Origin: Gemmatimonadota bacterium
GTDB lineage: Bacteria > JBHIER01 > G020348925
Assembly: GCA_020348925.1 (NCBI GenBank)
Contig: CP070758.1
Coordinates: forward strand, 2,867,688 to 2,931,687
Reading direction: 5' to 3'
Length of the DNA stretch: 64,000 bases
Shown here: positions 1-12,783 of the stretch, in pieces
Layout: every line of letters starts with the position of its first letter
Position numbering within the stretch: position 1 is the first letter of the stretch
Program-made: the position numbers and the translations under genes
Notes under the pieces: model-generated
What the model saw: only the letters and a program-made list of their open reading frames with translations
What the model was told of the DNA's origin: nothing
Database searches by the model: none

Positions 1-1823
1 CCATCAATATCTTCCTGACCGGGATTACGAACATTGGAGCAATTATCGCAGGCATCACCGAGCTCATCACTGTCCGAGTTGTTCTGATCGGGATTGGCCA
101 CACCGGAACAGTTATCGCAAAGGTTGCCGACACCGTCCTCATCGGAATCTTCCTGGCCGGGATTGTTCACGTCCGCGCAGTTGTCACAGGCATCACCGAG
201 CCCGTCACCGTCGGAATCCTCCTGGCCGGGATTAAACGTGCTCGGGCAATTGTCAACCGGACAGGTCTCCGATTCGTCCGGGATTCCATCTCGATCCGAA
301 TCGAGCCCGAAACACAGGTTCTCCCGACCCTCCACAACAACCACAACCTGATTCGTTGCAACATCAGTATATGTATTCACGATACCCGAGGGCCACTCAA
401 CGGTCATGCCTTCGACGATTGTAACGTCGTCAAGGCCGAACGTCGCAGTGACATCACTCTGGCTGCGATGGCCGTTATTGGTTCTGATCTCCCGCATCTG
501 TTCAATTCCATTCCCACCAACAGTGGCATTTACCCTTACCTTTGTCCCGATCCCCGTGGCATTGGACGTCGTCCCGATACACCGCACCTTCAACCAATTT
601 GCCATCTCGGAATCATTGCGATACAGAAAATTATTCTGATTCTCCCAGTTGGCCAGAAACAGATCCAGATCCCCGTCGCCATCATAATCCGCCGCTCCCA
701 CACCTGAAGCATATCCAAGCCGGTTCACGATCTCGCCCTGCGTAACCCGGGTGAAGTCGCCCTCACCGTTATTCACGTAGAGAAGGCACGGTTGGTAGTA
801 CTGGGTGACAAACAGATCCAGGTTCCCGTCGTTGTCGAAATCAGCCCAGACGCCACTCCCGGAGCGGCCCGGATTGTGCGCCAAAACACTGCCTGTCATC
901 TCACTGAAACCGCCATCACCATCGTTTCGAAACAGTTGATCCGCCTCGCCATCCCCACTGTAAGGGCCATTGGCCACAAACAGATCCAGATCGCCGTCGT
1001 TGTCGTAATCGCCCCAACTGCCTCCGTGGGAAGACCGATTGTCCGCCACAATACTCCCTTCGGTTATTTTCGTGAAGGTGCCGTCGCCGTTATTCATGTA
1101 GAGAAAGTTGTTCTGGTTCGACCTGTTGGCCACAAACAGATCCAGGAAACCGTCGTTATTGTAGTCTCCCCAGCTGGCGCCCAGAGATTCTCCGCCGTCG
1201 CTAACGACAGCGCCCTCAGTCACCTTCTCGAAAGTGCCGTCCCCCCTGTTTCTATAGAGGAAGTTGTTTTGGTTGAAGGCATTGGCCACGAACAGATCCA
1301 GATACCCGTCGTTGTCGTAATCTCCCCAGGCACTGGAAAAGGATGCACCGCCGTCCGTGACAACGGGACCAGCAGTGATCTTGGTGAAGGTCCCGTCGCC
1401 ATTGTTCATGTACAGGAAGTTGTCCCGGTCCCGCTGATTGGCCACGAAAAGATCGAGAAAACCATCATTGTTACAGTCTCCCCAACACGGCCCGGAAGAG
1501 TAAGGATCATAACTGGCGATGTCATTAACGATATCGCCCTCCAGGATTTTTGTGAACGTGGCATTGCCGTTGTTACGATACAAGAAATTTCTCTGGTCCT
1601 GCCAGTTGGCGACAAAGAGGTCAACATTGCCATCGGTGTCGTAGTCTCCCCAGGCAACGCCTGCGGAGATCCCTCCGTCACTGACGACATCCCCGCCCCC
1701 TATCCTGACAAAGATTTGCCCGTGAAGGTCTGGTACTCCCATCAAACTTATTGTCACGAGACACACCGTACTTACCACCATCTGATCAAGGAGATCAGGA
1801 ACAGCTCTTCTGAAACGAAACAT
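1..1823 (-). CDS. Secreted FG-GAP/CRTAC1-like protein with ASPIC/UnbV and TSP3 repeats (3' end outside window)
   Basis: Absent from the ORF track because it has no stop in the window. Hand translation gives MFRFRRAVPDLL...GQIFVRIGGGDVVSDGGISAGVAWGDYDTDGNVDLFVANW, with an AAGGAGG RBS upstream and RNPGQEDIDG (TSP3) at the window edge. Paralog of 4080-6197. Confidence 0.9.
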   Translation of the reverse strand, partial: MFRFRRAVPDLLDQMVVSTVCLVTISLMGVPDLHGQIFVRIGGGDVVSDGGISAGVAWGDYDTDGNVDLFVANWQDQRNFLYRNNGNATFTKILEGDIVNDIASYDPYSSGPCWGDCNNDGFLDLFVANQRDRDNFLYMNNGDGTFTKITAGPVVTDGGASFSSAWGDYDNDGYLDLFVANAFNQNNFLYRNRGDGTFEKVTEGAVVSDGGESLGASWGDYNNDGFLDLFVANRSNQNNFLYMNNGDGTFTKITEGSIVADNRSSHGGSWGDYDNDGDLDLFVANGPYSGDGEADQLFRNDGDGGFSEMTGSVLAHNPGRSGSGVWADFDNDGNLDLFVTQYYQPCLLYVNNGEGDFTRVTQGEIVNRLGYASGVGAADYDGDGDLDLFLANWENQNNFLYRNDSEMANWLKVRCIGTTSNATGIGTKVRVNATVGGNGIEQMREIRTNNGHRSQSDVTATFGLDDVTIVEGMTVEWPSGIVNTYTDVATNQVVVVVEGRENLCFGLDSDRDGIPDESETCPVDNCPSTFNPGQEDSDGDGLGDACDNCADVNNPGQEDSDEDGVGNLCDNCSGVANPDQNNSDSDELGDACDNCSNVRNPGQEDID

Positions 1824-1850
1824 CCGCCATCCTCCTTCACGTTTTTTCCC

Positions 1851-1940
1851 CTTGTTCTCAATCTCTGTTTGGGAACGCACAACACAGGGACACTCGGTTT
1901 CCATATCAACACTGCTTCCAAACTGGAGTATGGGAGTAAG
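1851..1940. repeat. REP-like palindromic doublet (GTTCYCAA...TTGGGAAC type)
   Basis: Imperfect palindrome GTTCTCAAtctctgtTTGGGAAC followed by a decayed inverted second half (cttccaaactggagtatgggagtaag). Intergenic. Confidence 0.5.
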
Positions 1941-2010
1941 CCCAAAGTTTTCCCATCGATATTGACGACCCCGCATCTTTCTCAGAAATACACTCGGGCG
2001 CTCTCTCTGA

Positions 2011-2958
2011 TCACTCCTCGAATTTTTCCGCGTACCGGCTTTGCTCGAGAAACGCCTGATAATCGGTCACGCCAAGGATCTCGCGCACGGCTTTCGACTT
2101 GTCGTTCGCATTTGTGCAATAGGCTTCGACGATGAGGCTTCCCAGCACATAGCCGACGTGCATTGGCTGCTCCGGATCGCTCGGCTTGCTCCACATCCAG
2201 TCCCCGGTCTCCGCACCATTCATCTCCTTGCGAAACAAATGCCAGAGCCTTCTCTCATGTTTCAAAGTATAGTCAACGGCTTCATCTTGTGTGATTTTTC
2301 CTGTGACGAGATTGGCAAAAAATTCAGCCGTGCCCTCGCGGATGGATAGACCGAGGAGGTTCTTCTCCGGCCCGAAAAGGGCCTTATACTTGTCGTACCC
2401 CACGGCCATGACCTGTTGAAAATGGACCAATTCATGGATCAGAAGGGTTCTCTTATCTTCAAGCGGTCTCTTCCATTTTTCGACGGAGATGAGTTGTCCC
2501 TCCGTTGATCCCGAGCCAATACCCCGATAGGCTCCGATCAGAAAATAGGTTCGAGGGAACACGGCGTTCGGAATGAGGCGCTTGAGTTCAACAAAAGCTT
2601 CGCGATAGGACGGTTCCTTGGCAGAGATTAAATCCGGCAAGTCACCGAGAGAGTCATACTTCTCCGGATGCGTTCGGATCGCTTTGACCAATCGTTCAGC
2701 CGTAAGATCATATTTCTCTATGAACATTCGAAGTCCGGGTGTCCCCTTATCCAGATACTCCGATTGAAGGATGGCTACAGAATCGCATCCCGGAGTCAAG
2801 AGTCCGTGTGCATGTACAAAGGTGTGAATATCATCATAGACGAACCGGGCTTGCTGGGGATCCATCGTCAAGTATTCACTCAGCTGGGCATTGGTACCGG
2901 GGGAAATCACTCCTGCGAGTGAAACACAAATGAAGAATACATAGAGAATGCGTTGCAT
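2011..2958 (-). CDS. Secreted putative Zn-dependent protease (DUF2268-like)
   Basis: Signal peptide, HELVH motif followed by REGTAE and a GYVLG motif. AAAGGAG RBS. Confidence 0.8.
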   Translation of the reverse strand: MQRILYVFFICVSLAGVISPGTNAQLSEYLTMDPQQARFVYDDIHTFVHAHGLLTPGCDSVAILQSEYLDKGTPGLRMFIEKYDLTAERLVKAIRTHPEKYDSLGDLPDLISAKEPSYREAFVELKRLIPNAVFPRTYFLIGAYRGIGSGSTEGQLISVEKWKRPLEDKRTLLIHELVHFQQVMAVGYDKYKALFGPEKNLLGLSIREGTAEFFANLVTGKITQDEAVDYTLKHERRLWHLFRKEMNGAETGDWMWSKPSDPEQPMHVGYVLGSLIVEAYCTNANDKSKAVREILGVTDYQAFLEQSRYAEKFEE

Positions 2959-3037
2959 GTTGATCTCCTTTAGAAACCTTATGAGAATTCAATATTCATC
3001 GAATTTGAGTGAGAGAGGTTGAAGTATATTTTACGTA

Positions 3038-3185
3038 TCACTCCGAGTCTGATTTATCGGGCGAAAAGTCTTCTGCTTCATCGATGAAATGCTTCACTCG
3101 GCAGAGCCTGCCTCTCGGCGAGTAAAAGCATAGAAACTCTCTTGACTCCAGATTCTCCGACTTCGCTTTACTTCACCCAGAATGA
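3038..3185. repeat. Decayed REP-like element (TCAYTCYG...CAGAATGA ends)
   Basis: Imperfect inverted ends tcactccg/cagaatga and an internal ctgatttatcggg. Resembles the elements at 40355 and 60286. Confidence 0.45.
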
Positions 3186-3199
3186 ATTAGAGGAATAAC

Positions 3200-3667
3200 C
3201 TACTTGATAGCACCGGGTTTCCCCAGAAGTCGACGGAGTATACCGAGCTGGCCCGCATGATAGGCTTCGTGAAACAGTAAAATCGCCAACTGTTCACAGA
3301 CCGTTCCGTTCTCCACTGGTTCCTCCAGCTCCTCAGGCGATATGGAGTGTAATTTTGTGAGTAATTTATTCTGAGAAGCGAGGAGATCGGTCAACATCCT
3401 CGAGAGTGGCAGAGCCACACTTTCGTCCTTCAGGGGAGCCGAACCGCGGACATACGGAGCGGCTTCCTCTTGGCTCCAGACATGACGCTCGCCAATAATC
3501 TTCATAACCTGATTTCGAGTGGCAACGATGTGACCAAAGACCCAGTTCACGCAGTTGCCAGCCTGCCGAGGCTGAAAGAGACTCTCATCAGGAGTAATTC
3601 CTTTTAGATTTTTCTCGATCACCATCACGTTGAGACTGAACAGTTTTGAGAGTGTGTCGCTATTCAT
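3200..3667 (-). CDS. DinB family protein
   Basis: NCVNWVFGHI and HEAYHAGQLGILRRLLGK motifs. Start moved from 3850 to MNSDTL; 3682 is an alternative. Confidence 0.85.
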   Translation of the reverse strand: MNSDTLSKLFSLNVMVIEKNLKGITPDESLFQPRQAGNCVNWVFGHIVATRNQVMKIIGERHVWSQEEAAPYVRGSAPLKDESVALPLSRMLTDLLASQNKLLTKLHSISPEELEEPVENGTVCEQLAILLFHEAYHAGQLGILRRLLGKPGAIK

Positions 3668-4079
3668 GAACCTCTTTTCCATTTTCCTCTCAGCGTACAT
3701 AATCGTCAAGTGATCTTGAACCCTCATATCACGCTGAGAGTAAGATTGTATGGACCTCAGCACCGAATCCTGCCATCGTGTCTCGTAGAATAGGATGATA
3801 TCGCAAAAGTTGTGCCGAAGGATTTTCTCGAGATTGACTTTAAGATTCATAATTTAATATATGAGATCGGTTTATCAAAAACATTTGAAACGAAAACCGA
3901 CCTCATGTCAGGTACGGCACAGGAAAATGACCAGTTAGGAAGGAAGGATTTTGCACCCTTGACGGACCACTCCAGATATATACACCAAGAAGAGGGAGGC
4001 GTATAGTTCCGAGGAAGATGGTCTTCAGCCGAACATTTGACCTGTGCAACACCACAAACCATCAATTGCACATCATTCT

Positions 4080-6197
<2,118 letters not shown>

Positions 6198-6395
6198 GAG
6201 ATGCCTCCTTGTATATTGGTAAAACGATGACAAAATTCGCTGACAATCCAAGATCACCACGCAGTGCGACGCATTGGACAATCACACAATATTCTCTTTT
6301 ATTTTCCTAAGTGTTCGCTCAGTCCCTATCCCATGTTTTTTCATTGGAGCGTAGCATACCACGATGCTACGCTCCATTTCGTGAGGGGGAGGTCA

Positions 6396-9029
6396 CTACT
6401 TCATCAGAATCATGCTTCTGGTTGCTGTGTAATCACCAACCGTCAGTCGATAGAAATAGACTCCGCTGGCCACGTCAAACGCACCCCAGGTTACACTATG
6501 ATATCCCGGTTCTTTCGCCTCATCAACCAAAGTGGCCACTTCTTGTCCTAAAATATTGTACACTTTCAGGGTAGTGTGAACCGATGATCTCATACCAGAT
6601 ATCTGATATCTGATCTCAGTAGTCGGATTAAATGGATTCGGATAGTTTTGGGCCAAGTGATACTCAGCCGGAACATGGACCGCCTTCACCAGAGTCATCA
6701 GTCTGAGATGATCCTTTTTCGACAAATAGGCGTCCAGCAGCTGAAGGTATTCAATGACGTCGGAAGAAATTTTAGCCGATCCCATCGGTGGACAGGTGTT
6801 CGTTCCGAGAACAAGGTTTACGATGCCAACCACATCGATAATATCGACGATCCCGTTGGCAGTACAGTCAGCCGCCTCTTCCTGAGTAGGCGATGGTATC
6901 AGGTTTCCCAAAATTATGTTTACGGTGGCCAGCACATCCAAAATATTTACGGCACCATCCTGATTCACATCGGTATTCACAGGAACGTAGGTGAGCCACC
7001 TGATGGCATTCTCCAGCAACGTCCCCCTGGCCTCATTATTCGTCCCGACAAAGGCATTGATGCCCTCAATTCCGATGGCGAAATAGACGACTTTGTAATC
7101 CCCATCGTACTTGATGGCGGCGGTCTGCCGCGTTGCGAAATAGGTGAGAACAGTACTCGCACCTTCCAGGGGAGCAATAACACTGGGAGAGGTTTGACTC
7201 GCATCTATTGGAAGAAAGGTGAATCCGCCGGAGATAGGATCACCTTCAACCCCATACAGAAACGTCTCCACAATGGAATCACTCACGTATTCGGAGTGCA
7301 AATAATCGGTATAGAAGGTCTGGTCGCTGGCCGAGCCGTCCTCCACAAGATCGCGGCCGATATTCGAACCGGAAACGAGAAGCCTTCCTCCCTCGTCCAG
7401 AAAGGCGGCGATGACGGTTTGCTCATCCGAGGTCAGGCTGGTCTCCCCATCATCCCCTGTGAACCATATTACCGCTTCGTATCGCTGAAGCTCCTCCACT
7501 GAGGGACACCCCAACTCCGAAACACTCCACTCCCCTGGAAAAATGCCTCGCACACCCAAGGCTGACGTATACACGTCCTCCAACGCCACCCCTCCGTCGT
7601 CATCCACAAGAAGTATCGTCGGCGTCCCCACAATAAGCTCGACACTATCGATAATCGCATATCCACCGTCAGCACCCATCTCCACGTAAAATAAACTCGA
7701 GTGGCTCACGCTCCCCTCCCTCACCGTAAAGGAAAACGGATTGCCTTCATTGTCCTTTTGCTCCCCCTGGGCCAGATCACCCAAAGAAGATGTCCCCTGT
7801 TCAATTTCAATGTCCGGATCATCGTTGAGCAGCGTTACCGTGACGCCTGTGGCGTCCCGGCTCGTGTTCAACACGGATACAACCACATCCGCCGTCTCAC
7901 CGGCATCGGCTCTCCCGTTACCATTGCCTTCACTGTCGTCAAGGGTGAACTCTTCCAGCCACAGGTACGGCGCATCGAAATGGTAGAACACCTTCGCCCC
8001 CATGTCCGCTCGTGTGCCGTCCGGGTCCAGGGGACTGTCGGGATCGCCGGAATCGATGCACGGTGAGTCCGGAGACAGATCGTACTCCTCATTGGCAAAC
8101 AACGGGTCCAGGTCGATGTTACCAACTCCTTCATGTCCCTGCCCAACATCATTGTAGATGATCTCCGATCCCCCACCGCCGAAGAGCTGGTCACCCGTGC
8201 TCTGAGTGTTGTCCCACACAATATTGTTGCGCATGAAGACAAGGCTCGAAACCGACAACCCCCCACCTGCTCCGCCTGTGCCACTGCTTGTAGACGAGTT
8301 ACCCACAATCGTATTGTTTTCTATTACGGTAAAACCATCACCGGCCAACCACACGCCACCTCCCCCGAAATCCTCCCCCCCACTGTTATCCGCAATGATA
8401 TTTCTTCTTATGACACCGTCCGAATAGAACATGACAATTCCGCCGCCGTAACGACCCGCGTTCCCTTCGATGATGTTCCCTACAATCACGGGATCTCCGT
8501 CGCCGCTGCGGATACCACCACCACCGGCACTTTGGACACCACCGGATACAAGCACCGCTTCATTGTTCACGATATGGTTGTTCCTGATGGTCGGCGCACA
8601 CAGATCCATGAGGACGCCTCCACCTTCCCTGTAGTACAGGCCATCATGAAGGTCTTGCCATATGGTGCCTGTTCCTCCGGTCAGAGTGAAACCTTCCAGG
8701 ACGGTCGTGGCATCCTGTCCGTAGGCAATGATGACACAACTGCCCGTATCAGGATGAGTCGGACTGCTGCCATCGATGATCGTGTTCCCAATGAATTGCT
8801 CATCTTCATCGAGGATGTAATGGCTGGCGACAACAATATTCTTCTCGAAAATTTTAATGTTTTCCAAATATGTGCCCGGTGCTACGAGAACTGTATCGCC
8901 TTGGCCGGCGGCATTGATGCCGCTCTGGATAGAAGGTTGATCTCCAGGGACATTGATAATGGTTCCCCCGGCGCAAAACGCCATCAACGTCAGAGAGATC
9001 AGCGTCAACGACATAACTCTTTGGTACAT
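6396..9029 (-). CDS. Right-handed beta-helix protein + Ig-like + GATase-like fold + dockerin (class C) + T9SS type A CTD
   Basis: INVPGDQPSIQSGI...GDTVLVAPGTY start, GGG-rich parallel beta-helix repeats, SPCIDSGDP, ILLVDDD, DVNQDGAVNILD, QNYPNPFNP...SGVYFYRL...MILMK. Confidence 0.88.
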   Translation of the reverse strand: MYQRVMSLTLISLTLMAFCAGGTIINVPGDQPSIQSGINAAGQGDTVLVAPGTYLENIKIFEKNIVVASHYILDEDEQFIGNTIIDGSSPTHPDTGSCVIIAYGQDATTVLEGFTLTGGTGTIWQDLHDGLYYREGGGVLMDLCAPTIRNNHIVNNEAVLVSGGVQSAGGGGIRSGDGDPVIVGNIIEGNAGRYGGGIVMFYSDGVIRRNIIADNSGGEDFGGGGVWLAGDGFTVIENNTIVGNSSTSSGTGGAGGGLSVSSLVFMRNNIVWDNTQSTGDQLFGGGGSEIIYNDVGQGHEGVGNIDLDPLFANEEYDLSPDSPCIDSGDPDSPLDPDGTRADMGAKVFYHFDAPYLWLEEFTLDDSEGNGNGRADAGETADVVVSVLNTSRDATGVTVTLLNDDPDIEIEQGTSSLGDLAQGEQKDNEGNPFSFTVREGSVSHSSLFYVEMGADGGYAIIDSVELIVGTPTILLVDDDGGVALEDVYTSALGVRGIFPGEWSVSELGCPSVEELQRYEAVIWFTGDDGETSLTSDEQTVIAAFLDEGGRLLVSGSNIGRDLVEDGSASDQTFYTDYLHSEYVSDSIVETFLYGVEGDPISGGFTFLPIDASQTSPSVIAPLEGASTVLTYFATRQTAAIKYDGDYKVVYFAIGIEGINAFVGTNNEARGTLLENAIRWLTYVPVNTDVNQDGAVNILDVLATVNIILGNLIPSPTQEEAADCTANGIVDIIDVVGIVNLVLGTNTCPPMGSAKISSDVIEYLQLLDAYLSKKDHLRLMTLVKAVHVPAEYHLAQNYPNPFNPTTEIRYQISGMRSSVHTTLKVYNILGQEVATLVDEAKEPGYHSVTWGAFDVASGVYFYRLTVGDYTATRSMILMK

Positions 9030-9146
9030 AATGCACCTCCTTTGTATACTGTTTGAATATGCACTTTCAATCCCGACGGCCTCTCTCTTAGAAACAATTC
9101 ATACAAGGATGAATCATTTCTGCATGAGGTGCAACGAAAAGAATGA

Positions 9147-11792
9147 TCACTTCAGCAGAATCATTCGTTTCGTTGCTGTGAAATCGCCAACCGTTAATTG
9201 ATAGAAATAGACACCACAAGCTCTATCACCAGCATCCCAAGTCACCGTATGATACCCTGGTTCTTTCATTTCATCCACTAAAGTTACAACCTCTTGCCCT
9301 AAAATATTATAGACTTTCAGAGTGGTAGAAACTGAAGATCTCCTATCCACTATGTGATATCTAATATCCGTTGTCGGATTAAAGGGATTGGGATCGTTCT
9401 GCAAAAGTTGGCATTCATTGGGGACAAGTACCTCCCTGACCAGCGCCATGAGCCTCTCAAAATTTTCAACCGAAAAATAGGGTTTCAGGGATCGAAAATA
9501 CGCAAGAACCTCCGGAGAAATCCTCTCCGCCTGGATTGAAGAACACGTACCCGTCCCCAGAACAACATTCACAATACCCACGGCATCAAGAATATCCACG
9601 GCATCATTCCCGGTGCAATCCGCCGCCCAAACCTGTGAGGCCGATGGCTGCAGCACACCCAGAATAATATTCACGGTCGCCAGTACATCCAGGATGTCCG
9701 TCCCGCCATCCTGATTCACATCCCCCCGGCTGGGAACAAAGCTGAACCACCGCAGCGCATTCTCCATAAGCGTCCCCCGAATCACAGCATCGGTTCCACT
9801 CATGGCCTGTATCCGCTCAAAACCGAGAGCAAAATAGACGACCTTGTGATCTCCATCGTACTTGAGGGCAGCAGTCTGCTGCGTCGTATAATACAAAAGC
9901 ACAGTACCGGCTCCTTCACGAGGGGCAATGACACTGGGAGAAACCTGACCCTGATCCAGAGAGAGAAACGTGTAGTCGCCGGATATGGGATCCCCTGAAA
10001 CGCCATACAGAAACGTCTCCTCAATGGAATCACCGACATACTCCGCATGCAAATAATCACTGTAGAAGGCCGCATCGTCAACCGTCCCATCCTCCACCAA
10101 ATCATACCCTATATTCGACCCTGCGATCAGAAGATTTCCACCCCCATCCAAGAATGTTTCCATCACCGACTGCTCCTCCACCGTCAGACTGCTCTCCCGA
10201 TCGTCCCCCGTGAACCATATCACCGCCTCATATGCCTGGAACTCTTCAACCGGTGGACACCCTAATCGCAACATCTCCCACTCCCCAGGGAAAATGTTCA
10301 CCGTTCGCAATGCTTCCGTGTAGACATCCTCGTACGAAGCACCATTATCATCGTCCACCAGCAGAATCGTGGGTGTCCCGATTGTAAGCTCCAGACTATC
10401 TTCATTGACATACCCTCCATCGGCCCTCATCTCCACATAAAACATACAGACATGACTGACGATACCCGGAGTCACAGAGAATAAGAACGGATTCTCAGTA
10501 TTGTCAGCACTCTCTCCCATCGCCAAAGTACCCAAAGCAGTCTGCCCTTGAAGAATCTCCACATGCGGATCGTCAGTGTCAAGAGTCACACTAACTCCCG
10601 TGGCATCAAGGCTTGTGTTGATGACCGTGACAATAAAATCCACAATCTCACCGGCGTCCGCTCTTCCGTTACCATTGCCCTGGTTGTCATCAAGAGTAAA
10701 GCTTTCAAGCCATATGTAGGGAGTATCCAGATGATAATAAGAAAACGCTCCCATATCCGCTCTCGTCCCGTCCGGATCAAGGGGACTACCGGGATCACCA
10801 GCATCGATGCAGGGTGAATTTGAGGAAAGAGTGTACCCCGCATCAGCAAACAACGGATTCATATTGATATTGCCAAGACCTTCCCGTCCACCTTGAATAT
10901 CAGAATAATGAATTTCAGAACCAATGCCGCCGGAGATTTGTCCCCCGTTTTCCTGAAAATTGTCCCATACGATATTATTGCGGGCGATGACGGTCGTAGC
11001 CCAGATCAACATGCCCCCGCCTGCTCCCCCTTGAGCATACTGACCGGTACCGCCAAAGGATGAATTCCCGATAATAGTATTGTTTTCAACGATAGTCGGG
11101 CCGACGGAATACAGCCAAATACCCCCTCCACCAAAATCCTCCCCGCCGCCGTTGTCAATAATTAAATTTCTTCGAATAGTACCGGTTGCGTAATTCATGA
11201 CAATACCGGCACCGTAACGCCCTCGGTTCCCCTCAATCACGTTGTTTTCGATCAGAGGATTCCCATCGCCGCACCGAATGCCACCACCTCCCGCACTCGT
11301 CATCCCCTGCCTGTTGATGGCTTCATTGTCAACGATATGATTGTTCCGAATCGTCGGCGATGACAAGGTGATTAAAACACCGCCTCCCTCTCGATATAAA
11401 CCCGCACCATGCTCGTCTTCCCATTTTGTGCCGGTTCCGCCTGTCAAGGTGAACCCCTCCAGTACGGCTGCTGAACCTTCACCGGAAATGATGAGGACAC
11501 AACTGGCAGTATCTGGGTGCGTGGAATTACTGCCATCAATAACGGTTGTCTCAATAAAATCAGGATTACCTTCCAAGATGAAATGGCTCGCCACTACTAT
11601 GTTTTTACCACTAAAATTGATGTTCTCAAAATAGGTACCGGGTGCGACTAAAACGGTATCGCCGTGCACAGCGGCATCGATTCCTGCCTGGATTGTCGGA
11701 TGATTATCCGGCACATGAATGACGGTTGTCCAGGCGGGCATCGCTATCAGTGCAAAAGAAATCAGTGCGGCAAAAACGACACGTCCAATCAT
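9147..11792 (-). CDS. Tandem paralog: beta-helix + Ig-like + GATase-like fold + dockerin (class C) + T9SS type A CTD
   Basis: Collinear with 6396-9029 over its full length. GDVNQDGGTDILD and PNPFNP...GVYFYQL...KRMILLK. Confidence 0.88.
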   Translation of the reverse strand: MIGRVVFAALISFALIAMPAWTTVIHVPDNHPTIQAGIDAAVHGDTVLVAPGTYFENINFSGKNIVVASHFILEGNPDFIETTVIDGSNSTHPDTASCVLIISGEGSAAVLEGFTLTGGTGTKWEDEHGAGLYREGGGVLITLSSPTIRNNHIVDNEAINRQGMTSAGGGGIRCGDGNPLIENNVIEGNRGRYGAGIVMNYATGTIRRNLIIDNGGGEDFGGGGIWLYSVGPTIVENNTIIGNSSFGGTGQYAQGGAGGGMLIWATTVIARNNIVWDNFQENGGQISGGIGSEIHYSDIQGGREGLGNINMNPLFADAGYTLSSNSPCIDAGDPGSPLDPDGTRADMGAFSYYHLDTPYIWLESFTLDDNQGNGNGRADAGEIVDFIVTVINTSLDATGVSVTLDTDDPHVEILQGQTALGTLAMGESADNTENPFLFSVTPGIVSHVCMFYVEMRADGGYVNEDSLELTIGTPTILLVDDDNGASYEDVYTEALRTVNIFPGEWEMLRLGCPPVEEFQAYEAVIWFTGDDRESSLTVEEQSVMETFLDGGGNLLIAGSNIGYDLVEDGTVDDAAFYSDYLHAEYVGDSIEETFLYGVSGDPISGDYTFLSLDQGQVSPSVIAPREGAGTVLLYYTTQQTAALKYDGDHKVVYFALGFERIQAMSGTDAVIRGTLMENALRWFSFVPSRGDVNQDGGTDILDVLATVNIILGVLQPSASQVWAADCTGNDAVDILDAVGIVNVVLGTGTCSSIQAERISPEVLAYFRSLKPYFSVENFERLMALVREVLVPNECQLLQNDPNPFNPTTDIRYHIVDRRSSVSTTLKVYNILGQEVVTLVDEMKEPGYHTVTWDAGDRACGVYFYQLTVGDFTATKRMILLK

Positions 11793-11824
11793 ACATATAT
11801 TCCTTCAGTTCAAGACGAATGGAT

Positions 11825-12712
11825 TCATTGAACAGGTCCGAAAATATGTTCGAACTCGCTGCTCTCCAGTATCTCTCGAAGCGAGGCGATAAAATCCGGT
11901 GAATTTTGAAAGGGGTGTTCTCGAAACAGTCTCCGACACTTCGAGGTTAACAAGTTACGAAACCGATGCTGACGTTCCCCAGAAATTGTCTTCACTCTGT
12001 ACATATAATTTTGTTGAAACATGAGGTTTCCAGGATCAATGGAGCCCGAATCTAGGAGTGCTTTCATCTTCCGATCACAGTGACACGGGTTTTCGTCTTG
12101 AATGAGCCCACATTTTTCCCTCATGAAATCGTACAGTTTATTTCGCGCTCTGGAGAGCCTCTGACGGAAAAGATCTCTGCTTATCTCTAAAATTTCACTT
12201 CCTATTTTATCACTCACGCCAAAAACTTCTCCCAGAATGAAGGTCAATCTGAGTTCTCGGTTCAGACAGAGCAACATACCCATCATGCAATGAATATTGA
12301 TTTCCTCCAAGAGTAACGGCATATCAACTGGTATTCCGTTCTGATCCGGCATATCCATGTCAGGTGTCCCGTCAATGCTCTCCCAATATTGATCGAAGGA
12401 GACCAATTTGTTCTCAGCGCTACTTTTTTTCATATTCAGTACGTGATTGGTCACTACTCTATAAGCCCACGTGCGAAAGCTGCTTCTTCCCTGGAATGTC
12501 GAGAGCTTCGTAATAATCTTGAGAAGTGCCTCCTGAGCAACATCCTCGGCATCTTGAGGATTGCCGACCATTCTCAAGGCAATGTTGTATATCCAGTTCT
12601 GGTGCCTTTCTACGAGTCTACCAAGGGCGCCTTTATCTCCCTTCAAGGCCGAAGCCACAAGCTCGCCGTCTTGAGAATCCCTCTTCTTATCCTCCGTAAA
12701 TGGATTTATCAC
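11825..12712 (-). CDS. ECF RNA polymerase sigma factor with Cys-containing C-terminal extension
   Basis: Region 2 DAEDVAQE...FRTWAYRV and region 4 RQRLSRARNKL. Also HCMMGMLLCL and KCGLIQDENPCHC. GTG start with a GGGAG RBS. Confidence 0.92.
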   Translation of the reverse strand: MINPFTEDKKRDSQDGELVASALKGDKGALGRLVERHQNWIYNIALRMVGNPQDAEDVAQEALLKIITKLSTFQGRSSFRTWAYRVVTNHVLNMKKSSAENKLVSFDQYWESIDGTPDMDMPDQNGIPVDMPLLLEEINIHCMMGMLLCLNRELRLTFILGEVFGVSDKIGSEILEISRDLFRQRLSRARNKLYDFMREKCGLIQDENPCHCDRKMKALLDSGSIDPGNLMFQQNYMYRVKTISGERQHRFRNLLTSKCRRLFREHPFQNSPDFIASLREILESSEFEHIFGPVQ

Positions 12713-12783
12713 TACATAAACTCCCTAAAAATCAATGTTTCACAAACATTCCACAGATTGCACTTAAATTCAACCACAATCCC

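Noticed and set aside
792-2135. 447-aa plus-strand ORF
   Set aside because: Antisense shadow of the FG-GAP gene at 1-1823. The V/I-rich periodic text arises from reverse-complemented GAY/AAY codons.
6396-11792. Cohesin domain in the beta-helix proteins
   Set aside because: The middle GNGNGRADAGE domain looks like a generic Ig-like fold. No cohesin pattern was recognised by eye, and an HMM search is needed to settle it.
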